From: Lytechinus pictus
Lineage: Eukaryota
DNA: 60,000 nt
Assembly (NCBI RefSeq): GCF_037042905.1
Contig: NC_087251.1
Coordinates: forward strand, 12,960,001-13,020,000
Reading direction: 5' to 3'
Shown here: in pieces, positions 1 through 18,600 of the stretch
How the letters are laid out: each line of letters begins with the position of its first letter
Numbering within the stretch: the stretch's first letter is position 1
The notes under the pieces: model-generated
The model's database searches: none
Seen by the model: only the letters and a program-made list of their open reading frames with translations
Told to the model about the DNA's origin: nothing
Position numbers and translations under genes: made by a program

Positions 1-73
1 GGGATAGGGGAAGAAAGAAAGATAATAAGAGAGGGGGGATAAAGGAGAGGCAGGCAGGAGGGTGAAGATAGAG

Positions 74-104
<31 letters not shown>

Positions 105-1460
105 CACTGGCACTGAGACAGCAATGTGACAGCCCTCCTCTTTATCCTCAAGGAAAGTCAAATTTACTTTCATTATGGATGTATTCCGCTGTGTCTGTGC
201 TCTCAATTATATCCTATCAGCGAATGACTTCAGTCTCCTCTCCCTTCAAAATCTAGATGGCTACCAGAAGAATATAAAGGTCATTGGCCTGTATTTTCAC
301 AAAATTCCTATAAACTTCAAGCCAGGATCTATTGCAGTGCGTGGACCGCTGATTTTATGAATTCTCCAAATGTCAATCTTTTATCTTACACAGCTTACTG
401 CAAATGTATGATATTGAAGTGAAATAATGTAACATATGTTATCTTTGTATAAAATGTATATATGATCTTTAATTTGTAGCTGAAATTCCCTCATTTTTTG
501 GGTAAATAGCAATATTGATAAAAAAAACTGAAAAAAAGTTAATTTGAATTATCTCCCGTAATTCAGGCCATTGATTCAAAGTCAAATTCTACTATTCCTA
601 GAAATTATTAAAGATTATATAAAAAGATTAAAGCATGTTAGTGGCAGGTTTACAAGTAAAATATAAACAAGTTTGTCTTAGGCTGTCATTCACCAAAAAA
701 AAGAAGAGTAAATACAGTTTTTCTCACTTTAAGATGAACCCCTTTAAAACAAATTCCTGTCTGGGGGCTTTGACTGTATCATTTCCAGATTTTTGAAATA
801 TTCTGCAGGAAATTTGCTTAACAATCATGACTGCATTCTCTCCTGTATGAGGCATATTAAAAGTATTTTTCTTGGAAAAATAGTAGTTAATTCGGTACAG
901 TTACAGTGGGAAGTATTTCATTTGCTGGGGGGAAGTGTGATGGTGAGAAGTGGAAAAAGGAAGTGGGAGGGGAGAGACGAGAAGAAAGAGAGTCGTGGAG
1001 AATAAGCAGATCAATGTATTGTCTTTATGGTGTGAATAAACAAAAGTATTATATGTACTACTTTTTCTTTGAAGAAACAGTATTTTACGGTAATATGCTA
1101 CAGTTGAAGAGGGAAGTTGTTCATTGGCAGGGGAAGTGTGATCGCGACAAGGGAATAGGGGAAGGTGGTTTGAGATATTGCATGATGGAATGGGTGGGGG
1201 TGTGTAGGTGTGAGTAAGAGAGGGGTGAGGGTTTGGAGGAAAGGGAAGGGGTGAGATGAGTGAAGATGGGAAGGGAGGGGAGGGTAGAAATAGTCATGGT
1301 GTAAGGATGTGTATGTGTATGAGAGAGCGAGAGAAAGAGAGAGAGAGACTGTGTTACAGATAGACAGAGATAGCATGACAGGCGAGGGGATGGACATCCA
1401 TGAGGAAGGGGAGAAGAGGAGCAAGAGAGAGAGAGAGAGAGATGTAGAGTGGGTGTGTGG
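1..1460 (+). repeat. Purine-rich / (GA)n low-complexity tracts (1-105, about 925-1005, 1215-1445)
   Basis: (GA)n microsatellites and G/A-biased runs on the + strand. Confidence 0.8.
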
Positions 1461-2515
1461 CTGATGATCTAAGAAGTCAAGATCTAAGAAGTCAAACTCT
1501 TAGCATATTTCCACTCTAAATTTAAATAATCAACATCCATGTCATTGTTAATTTAATCTTTATCTCTTTGATTAGGAACGAGCGATTACTTTCTTCTTGG
1601 TGTATTAGTTTAACACATCTTCAAGCCGTGATTCATTTCCTAAATGATTCATGTTAGGTTGGGGAAGCTCAAATTGCACGTGTCCTGCTACTTATCTGTC
1701 ATATCATGTCAAGTTAATTCTCATGTGTTCATTATCATATTGTAGTAGAGAGGGAGAGGGGAAGGGAATGCCGGGGGGGGGGGGGGACAGGGAGAGAGAA
1801 AAGGGAGGGGGCAGAAAGGAGGCTAACGGCTCTGGCACACACATTAGCTTTGCCTGCTAAATGATCTCATGCACGGTGACGGTGTGCGACAAACCTCCAT
1901 TATTTATCATTTTTAGATAGCTTATTTCTTCTATTTCATCTAAAACAGTCTAGGAAAAGGTACAATATACCTCACATTTCACCATAATATTTTTTCTACA
2001 ATAGCTAATTAGTACTTAAAATAACAGATCGTTGTGTAAAGTTAAGAGTTATAATTCATACTGTATAAAGAGCTCTGTTTCCCAATCTAATGCTTGCTAA
2101 GGAAGCTCTTATGATCATCTGTAATACCTACGTTCATGCTTGAACCTTTGTTCCTTTTGATTATTTCAAATAGTTTCACACATCTCAATTATAAATTTAG
2201 TATGATTTTTTTCCTTGTGACTTTTTATTAGTCCTTGAGAAACTGGTGTATGATAACAAACATATAAGTAATTACTAGTAGTTACATCAGCAAAGCTCTT
2301 ATCAATTTGATTTGGTAGGCATTTATTGTTGGTATCATAAAGTGTATCATGGTAATGTATTGCTATGAAACCAATACAACAAGGGTTTGATCACCTGATA
2401 CTCTTTTGAAAACTTGCATACCAGCTGATAAACTCGCTTTTACCTCTACTTGTATCATAATTTCTCTTGTTATTTCATATAGCATGCTTTCAGTATACAT
2501 GTATGTTAGTATTAC

Positions 2516-2930
2516 ATGATATCAAAGAAAAGGGGGTACATGGTGTCATTCTACGCCGTAGAAGTCGGGGCAAGGGGCCTAGTAGACCGGAATAATAAAC
2601 ACCGCCTTAAAAAACTCCTCAGAACAACAAGCTCAAAAAACCGACCAACAGAATTTTTCCATACCCTTTCTAAACTCGCCATACTCTCCTCTTTTTCGAT
2701 ATTCTACGCAAGAAAAGAGCGAACCTGGGGGGAGGTACGTCACTTGGACCCGTAACCATCCCCAAGGGCCCAAGATAATTTGCCTAACTATGTTTTTTGC
2801 GCAAGGCAAATGTACTTTACTAATATTACTCTCATAACTTTGTGATGTCAGTAGCTAATTAAGTTGATTTGAATACACAAAAACATATAATGATCACAGC
2901 CGTATATATAATGATAATAATTAAGAAGAT
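2516..2930 (+). mobile_element. 3' fragment of a non-LTR retrotransposon with restriction-like endonuclease (Hero/NeSL/R2-group), 5'-truncated
   Basis: ORF 2516..2755 contains AVEVGARG followed by a helical segment ending IFYARKERTW, resembling the C-terminal RLE region (P[IV]EVG[CA]RG...W) of R2-group LINEs; followed by a short AT-rich 3' UTR; 3' boundary approximate. Confidence 0.65.
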
Positions 2931-4532
2931 ACCGTAGTGGAAATTGGGTACAAAACACCTCTCATAATGTTGTCTGTACATTTCAGGTTGTATGCAGTAG
3001 TTGATTAATTCCATTTACATATCCAGCTCTGATTTAGAAGACTGATTGAGTGTTTTTTTTTCCAACGTGATATCAACGACAGCTTTAACTAATTATTTTC
3101 CTGCATTTATGTTACTCTAAATAATTCTCTATATTGGTATATATACGTATTACTTGTCTTGTAATCCATGTACTGACCTGCCATTTGTTTGGAATGGAAA
3201 CGATGGACCTGGTCTCTTTATGTATATATTGTATATCAGTGTCTTTGAACTTGAATAAAGTCATGATGAAACAACAACATCTTGTTCATCATAAACGTAC
3301 CTCAATAAACATCAATGAGATTTATTTTAATCTGTTATTCTTTTATGTTCTATTATTTCCTCTGCAATATAATCATGTGGTGTTTATATATTGACTGAGT
3401 TTTGGTTTTGTGTTTTAGATTAAGCATGGATGGAACACTGTGCTTTGAGCATGTTGAGCATAATAATTTAGCAGAATGGACAAGTGGTAGTGGGTGTTTT
3501 AGTAGTCTCTGTTGAAAAACCTTAGATGACATTGACAGCTATAGGTGTGAATGGAAAGTTTTAGGATGATATTTTGGTATTTGGTAATATGATCAGGCTT
3601 TTATCCATTTAATTTGGTTCCCCCAATCTCTGGCCTTTTTTAATATTACCAATCTTGTTTCCAAAATCTCTGGCATTTTTTTTTTATATTACCAATCTCA
3701 TCTCCCAGTGTAATACATTCTATACTCCTAGTCGTTCAATCCTTTGGTAACACTTGAAAAGTAATTGCTTGAATTTAAAAAGGGTGTTTTGAATCCACTG
3801 TCTAATAATAGATTCCATGTATTAATTATAATTAAGGTTTATTTATTTTGCATGCATGAAGAAAGAATCTAATTATATATATATATATATATTAAAAATG
3901 CCTTAATTTTTTTAACAAAAAAGTTCTGTGAACTCAATGACATTGACAAAAGGGCAAATTTATTATTGGATTCTTTCTTGGTTTCAGCATCCTATTTTGG
4001 GCAAGACATGTCAGTAGCAAGGCAACTATGGCAAAACTGAGATATTTTTATTTATTTATCAAGGTGAATTTTAAGCAAATAAGAGGCATAGAGGCATAAA
4101 TTATTAAAGATAGATTAGGACATACTGGTAAATTCTGGTTTTGCATTCATGTGTAAAACCAATAAAAGATCTTGTTACTGGATAACAGATTCAAATTACT
4201 ATGATTTCAGACACAGGCAAGCCATGGGACAATTCCACACACCTTGAGTCATTTTTACATCAATATTAATTTTGCTACAAATATTGGACATGACCTTTAA
4301 TTTCCTTTTACTACATTACATGTATGTACAACTTCCGGTTCCTACCAGTAGTGCAGTGCAAACACAGGTCTAGGATGTCAAGACTAGTCAATCGAAGTCA
4401 TTGCCATGGCCAATATTTTTTGGTGACCATGCGTATCATCTTGTGTCTCAGGGCTCTAACCATGCGAGAGATTCTCCTGAGATGCAGTAACAATGAGAGA
4501 GACAGCAAGGCAGATGGTGATGTTGTCTCATA

Positions 4533-5408
4533 AGGGCCGTCTGCACCATCCCGAAGTTTCAAATTAGCGCGCTATTTCTGATCCGGCAAATTATCCCGAT
4601 CTGAAAAATCTCGAGATAGTTGGCGGTGCAGACGCAATTATCGCGCTAGTTCGTAGGATTAATCTCGAGATTGCAATCCCAAGTCAACTCGGGTTTATTT
4701 GCAAAATAGCGCGCTATTTTACGAATTATCCCGCTAATTCGTCGGTGCAGACGCACTCGAGATTGGACTCGGGGTAATTTATTCATGACGTCAGTCCATA
4801 ATGCAATTCGCGTTCCACTTCCGCCTTGGTCAAAACATAAACACGTGCGGAAGTCAACTTTATACATGCGAATAGCGTTCATAAGCAACGATGGTGTCCC
4901 ACCAGTGAATGGATTTTGGGAGAGACCAGACCGAAGGGGGAGGCGCTCATCGACGATGGTCATATTCAATAACAACACTGACAGCAGTGTTGTCTTATTC
5001 CTTCGCAAAATGTGAGCAAATAGCATTTCTTTCCTCCTTCTCTCCCTCTCTCTCTCTCTGTCGTTGCCTCCTACTCTGCCATCATATTTAACGAAGAATA
5101 CATCACTTCTTCACTCGCTGAGCTGAGAGGATTGTTGCATAACACCGGTTGAATTCGGCGAAAGTGCTAGTGAAAGGAGTACATTGCTTGCATATCGCGG
5201 GAAGTTATTCAAAAGCGCGGGCCGTTGAAACTCCAAGATCCGAAAGTGCGCATGCTCGTAATATCGGGCTTGTTGCCTCGCTCGAGCAGGAATCGCTGTC
5301 GTGGGATGGTGCAGACGGGGTTTCTTGAATCTCGAGATTAATCGCGAAGAGGGCTGATCGGGCTAAAATCTCGAGATTGAGCAAACTCGGGATGGTGCAG
5401 CACCGCCT
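4533..5408. mobile_element. Non-autonomous DNA transposon (PIF/Harbinger-like MITE)
   Basis: Imperfect TIRs AGGGCCGTCTGCACCATCCCGAAGTTT / AAACTCGGGATGGTGCAGCACCGCCT; 3-bp ATA duplication on both sides; repeated subterminal GGTGCAGACG and palindromic ATCTCGAGAT motifs; GC-rich relative to flanks. Confidence 0.8.
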
Positions 5409-6058
5409 ATATAGACCGTAGCAGACTATGTTTGAACGACCATTGGTGTGTACCATTTTGGTACTTCCGGAGTTGTTGGACACAAACATGTCACCTTTTA
5501 CTTTATTTGGTTTGTTCTGACTAATGTGATCTATTCCACTGCTGCTTCAGATATTGTTTAAGATCAGGAAGGAGTTCTGGACTTCCGGCTTGTCTTGATA
5601 TTAACATGTTTTCTTCTTCCTCTATTTGTTTTGTCACTAAGAAATAGATTGTGTTTAATGACTAAGAACGGGAGCATATATTCATACATGAGATAAATAG
5701 CTAGATTGTTAATCATTGTAATGTTTATGTGAGATTAAGTTTTACTTACCCTTTAAATAGGTATTCTACATGGAAGTGGTGATTTGTTTCACTTTCACAG
5801 TCAACTTCTAGAGTACAACAAGTATATGGCATATTGTATTGTGGAATTTCTTGCAGTCCTCTGCCGTGTATTGACCTATTCCATTTTTTAAACAGTGAAT
5901 TTTGTCTGCAAGAATTGCAGGGGGGGGGTGTATTATAAACTAAGAAGAAAAGAACATTCAATTGATCATACAATGATTCAGTGCTATCTATTCTTATGTA
6001 AAGTTCTCATTTAGATAATTCCTTCACCAAACCAGATTGATGAAAATTTTATGATCAG

Positions 6059-6219
6059 GGCCTTGTTGCATACAAATTACTAGTGTGTGCTAACTTTTCT
6101 ATCCAATGGTAACTACCATGGTAACGATGATCAACAGCCAATCAAAATCAAGGAGGATTCCATGCAAGTGACCATTAAATGGCAAAGTTACCATAATGGT
6201 AACTTATATGTAATGGGCC
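6059..6219. mobile_element. Short Harbinger-like MITE
   Basis: GGCCTTGTTGCATA...TATGTAATGGGCC termini flanked by a CAG duplication; internal palindromic GGTAACTACCATGGTAAC-type motifs. Confidence 0.6.
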
Positions 6220-6436
6220 CAGGTCTTGTTATTCTAATTATCCATTTCTTGAGAGTTTTTCAAGTGTCATGTAAATGTCTTTCTTTTAAAGTACCTCTGT
6301 AAAACAAAATATAAGACTTAACGAGACAAACATACTTAAGAATGATTCCAGTGTAATGTTTTCTTTCAAGCTTCTGGTGTTCCTAGCCTTTTGTTTAAAT
6401 CATGTTATTTGCTACATTGTAATACCTTGTTGTTAA

Positions 6437-8229
6437 AGGAGAAATATATTGATTATGAATATGGCCTTATTATATATCAGTGGAAAGGTCATGATGTGGG
6501 GATTATCATTTGGTCATTCAAAAATACCATAAGTAATTACATAAGGTGGAAATCGCCCATTAAAAAGCGCTAAAATGCCTCTCCGAAATACGCCTCCCAG
6601 CGGTCTCTGAATTGACTCGAATTTGATCACGTGTATGAGTGTACAAGAGACGTAATTGGCTCTCCCACGTCAAGCTCCATTGCATGCAAAACCTGTTGCG
6701 AGGGTACGTTTTCTCCACACTGTCACTGAATACTTTGATCACGAAATGAAAGAAAATCCAGAAGTTTATCTAGATTTTGGATTTTCAAATTGATGATTTT
6801 GAAGATGAAGAGAATGATGATGAAGTTTCTAGCTCTAGTGACGTGGATGGAGGTAAATTAGGGGAATTACGCCTCTGATGATGAGTCTGACAATTCAACT
6901 TGCATGCCGATTCGCTACTCATGCAGCTGCTAGTGCTAGCTGCACGTACCGCGGGTCAAAATAAATCCATGATAATTAATTCCAGTCTGACAATCTAGAC
7001 AGAGTCTCTTCCCTCATTTACTCTAAAGATGGAAAATAATGATATAACTGTACTTACAAACAAGTGAATATATCCGAATCTGAAGGCAAATCAACTCAAC
7101 CAATAGCAGCAGACGATATGCACCGACTATAATATTCACGTGGCTGGGATAAATTGTCACTCGTTCTGTTAAAATTAAAATTAGATGTAAAAGATCATCC
7201 GCATGCAACATGCGTATAGCTCGTATGTAAACAAACCATCACAAACACACATTGCTTGCTCGCTTTGGCTGAGCTGAGAGAGTACGGTAGATGCACGTGT
7301 TGCACAGCTCTCAACCGGCATTTTGGATGGTTTGTTTACAATCACATACGGAACGAGCTACGCATGTTGGGGATGATCTTTACATCTAATTTTAATTTAC
7401 CTCAACTATTTACCTAAAAAAAGGTTTTATCGTAATTTAAAAATAGTACGAGGTGTTACTATATTTTTTATAGATAAATAATTCCCCGAGATTCGTAATT
7501 TTGTCAAAATATAATGAGGTAGAAATTATACCTAACAGAACGAGTGACAATTTATCCCAGCCACGTGAAGTTTATCGTCGGTGCATATCGTCTGCTGCTA
7601 TTGGTTGAGTTGATTTGCCTTCAGATTCGGATATATTCACTTGTTTGTAAGTACAGTTATATCATTATTTTCCTTCTTTAGAGTAAATGAGGGAAGAGAC
7701 TCTGTCTGGATGGTCAGGCTGGAATTCATTTTTATGGATTTATTTTGGCCCGCGGTACGTGCAGCATGCAGCTAGCACTAGCAGCTGCATGAGTTGGTAG
7801 CGAATCGGCATGCAAGTTGAATTGTCCGACTCATCATCATAGGTGTAATTCCCCTAATTTACCTCCATCCACGTCACTAGAGCTAGAAACTTCATCAATT
7901 TTCTCTTCATCTTCAAAATCATCAATTTGAAAATCCAAAATCTAGATAAACTTCTGGATTTTCTTTCATTTCGTGATCGAAGTATTCAGTGACAGTGTGG
8001 AGAAAACGTACCCTTGCAACAAGTTTTGCATGCAAGTGGAGCTTGACCTGGGAGAGCCAATCACGTCTCTCGTACACTTATACATATCATTTAAAAAAAA
8101 CCAATTTCGCGGACGTAATTGTGCGTGTTTGAAGCATTCAGAGAGAGAACTTTAAACTATCAATTAAGTGACTTTCATCGGTCTCCATGATAAATGATGT
8201 ACACCATCGTGTTCTTCTTATTTTCCCCT
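6437..8229. mobile_element. Foldback-type non-autonomous DNA transposon (Kolobok-like termini) with about 540-bp internal inverted arms
   Basis: TTAA|AGGAGAAAT...ATTTTCCCCT|TTGA ends; arms 6631-7170 and 7534-8084 are near reverse complements; nested inverted repeat 7172-7240 / 7325-7398; left part recurs at about 28787-29143. Confidence 0.8.
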
Positions 8230-8605
8230 TTGATTTGATATATAATTCTTTATTTTTATGATTTTCAATATATTTCTACTTTAAATTTGCATTTCATGAA
8301 TGTAGGTTAAATACAACCATTAGCTAAATCCCATTGTTTTTGTATAATGATGTGTTCAATTAAGCAAGTGGAGGCTTTATAAACCCTGGGTTAACTTAAC
8401 CCACTTTTTACATTTTACATTTTAACACGATGGGGTTGTATTTATGCCATGAGGCCAAATGATGTGATTCAAATCCTTAGGTTTTAATGAACCCAACTTC
8501 ATGAATTTAGGCGGAAATGTTAAACTCTGAAGTGATTGTAAGAACAATTGGGCATATTCCCTATATTCACACTGTCTCTTTCTGTCATTATTTCTTTTCT
8601 TGCAG

Positions 8606-15645
<7,040 letters not shown>

Positions 15646-18600
15646 TTCTCATCTACAACGTGATTCTACCCCCCTTTCCTAGGACACTGGGTGTCTTCAC
15701 AGACTGTTTGAATGAACATGAAAAATATCAGGGCTGTATTATTAAGTAACCTCATAAAGTGTTTTTTATTATTGTACTAATTGATTTTTAGCATGTTTAA
15801 TAGTATTGTATTTATGAGAATCAGTAATACTATGTGAAGTACCTGAGGGGGAAACCAAAGATGTTGTTATGTCTGCGCCATTGGTGCTTTGGCTCTTGTA
15901 AAAGAATAATAAAAGGAGCTGCACAGCTAAAATTGAGTAAAGATATCAAGAAATGCCTTTGCATTAGTTGCTTTGCCATGATGTGATAGATGGTCCATTT
16001 GAAAAAGTAAATGAAAGGCAACCTCATGATATATTATCTGGGCAATGTCAATGGAAGAATCTAGTCAGGATCCAGTGGGTGGTATAACCACAGGAGCAGC
16101 CTAATCATGATCTGGATCAAACATAGTGATGACAGTCATGATTCATGATTGGAATGTAACTCACAACTTAGATTTGGTGTAATGCTTCTAGGACAGGAGC
16201 ATCACCTGAACCCTGTAACACAAAGGTTTGCAATGCACTGCCAAATGAAATAAGCATTCTACTTGGTTTTTGGTCAGGGTTTTGAAACAAATGCACATGC
16301 AACATTGATCTTGATTGGTCATTGCCATTTAGTGATTGATTGCAAACCTTTGGAGCCCATGATCATGGTTAAAGAGCTTGCCTTACCCAAGAAGGACCTA
16401 AATCATCATTTAGTCTATTGCTTGAAATGTATGATAGGACTGTTAAAAGACTGAATCAGGCATTAGTCATTGAAATGGTTTGTGCATGTGGACTTTGCGA
16501 AGACAGCTTGGAGAAATCTCTGAACTTGATTGATTGTTTAAGGAGAAACATATGACAATTCCAACTCTTAGAAATATATGCACATTTAACCAAAGTCAGT
16601 ATTTTCTATGGTGTCATGCAAGCAATAACATTTGTTGAAAATATATATTTGTGTGTGCGTCAAAAATAATTCCATTGATTGATTGATTAGTTAGTTAATT
16701 AATTGAGTGAGTAACACAATTGCAAACTATATGTAAGCCAACAGTTGAATTGAATATTGTCTCGAAAATCACCTAGAAAATGGGTGATAAATGGGGATAA
16801 ACAAGGGATGTCTGTGTCTTTGAAAGTTATCTTTACTAAAGCGTGACATCTGATGTCATGCCAAGATTCATAGGTATTTTGATGTACTGATCATTTGATG
16901 ACAAGTTTGGTGTTGATTTTGCTTGTCTCTAGGAAAAAACATGGAGCAATTGTGTTTGTATGTGACTGGAGAACAAGCACAAAGCCAATCATAGTTCATT
17001 CATACTTGGATACACTGCCATCTGCAGTGTTGGGTAATGTCTGCTGAAGCATTGGTGTGCTTTATACACACATATACCTTGTGCTGGCCTTCTTAAAATC
17101 ACAGAGCTTGCAGTTGGTTCATCCTTTCCTAAAACTCCCATTTTACAGAGAGCAAGACTGCTGAAAAACCACTGGAAGACCATGAACTGGCTTGATCTTG
17201 TAGTGATCTCTTGATCTTTCAATGATCTCTGAGGTCTTTCAGGATTCTTGATTGATCTTTCAGTGATCTTTGTAGTCTTTGTGATTTAAAAAAAAAAAAA
17301 ACTTTTGAAATTGATCTTGGGGTTGTAGATAGAGTGAAGGATCTTGCCAATGTTAGATTTTTCAGTGGTCTTTTAAGGACCTCAGTTCTCTTGAATGGGG
17401 CCTACCTAATAACAGACATCCAGGCTGCCCTCAGACATGTCTGACTAAAGGGATGTTGATGATTTTTCACAGGAGTTAAGTTGCATCATAAAAACGTCCA
17501 AAGGCAGTCTCCTACAACGTAGTTACCATTTTAATGTTTGATTGAAAATGGAAGTCTTCAGTAAAGTTTTTGAGTGATCATGAATGTCAATTTCATGGAG
17601 AGATGGTGGAAGAAAATAGGTTTAATTTTTGGCGAAAAAATTGAGCCTTAAGTGAAGTTATGTCCATTTCATGAAGAGATGGTGGAGAGATATTGGTGTC
17701 ACGAGCAGTTTTTTAACTTATGACCACATTTTCTCTCCATGGAAATGCATAAGAAACTTGTTTAGTGTTGCCATAGCAAGTTCAGGGAAATAGTTGCACC
17801 ATTGGAAGCTGTTCCTGGTTGATCAGTTATGACATACAGCAGCTGTCTCTTCCACAGAGATCTTATTCACATGGGATAAAACAAGTTCTCACTTGTGGTT
17901 GTGTCACAACTCTGTTTATATACACGGATATGCAACAAGTGTGGCATTTTATTGATTGATGGGGGTGGATTGCAAGCAGCGAGTGCCTTAAGCTTTCTTA
18001 ATTTATTTGTTTTTAACAACCAAACATGAGATTCACAGGAATAAGAAGGAAAATAATAAACTTAATGTTTTATGATCCTAAGATCAAATTAATTGACAAT
18101 CTGAGATGGAAAATCAGGTTTATGTTCATGAATGCCTTCTAAAGAAGAATCCAATTGAAGAAACATCTTGTTGGTACAGGGCAATTAAGTCTTCATGATA
18201 GGTAATGACTTAAGGTTTTTCATTGTTTGATTTGATTAACTGTGATTTTAAGACTAATTTGATTGTATGTTGATCCATGAAAGTGATCATGTCAGTAATT
18301 AATTATTTTGTTTGTCTTGTCTGATCTGTCATACTTAATTTTGTGTCTGTGCTTCCAAGAGTGAGGATTTTCAAAAGATATAAGTAATTGGTAATATTTT
18401 TCATAAAGTCAATATTTTATTTATTCATTGACTTTCAAGGAGAAAAATCCTTACAAAAACTATCACTCCAAAAAATAGTTTCTGAAAAGAATGAAGTCTT
18501 ACCTGTGATATCTCTATACTTGATTCACTTCATTTGACTTTGGCTTTGATTGATTGGTTGGTCTATAGTTGCATCTAATGTTAAAACAAACTACTACATA

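Noticed and set aside
793..1424. ORFs of 70-108 aa
   Set aside because: Produced by purine/pyrimidine low-complexity tracts
4646..5489. ORFs of 60-126 aa on both strands
   Set aside because: Lie within a GC-rich MITE; no recognisable transposase or other domain
6560..8155. Pair of similar 60-aa ORFs suggesting duplicated genes
   Set aside because: By-product of the inverted arms of the foldback element; non-ATG starts, no domain
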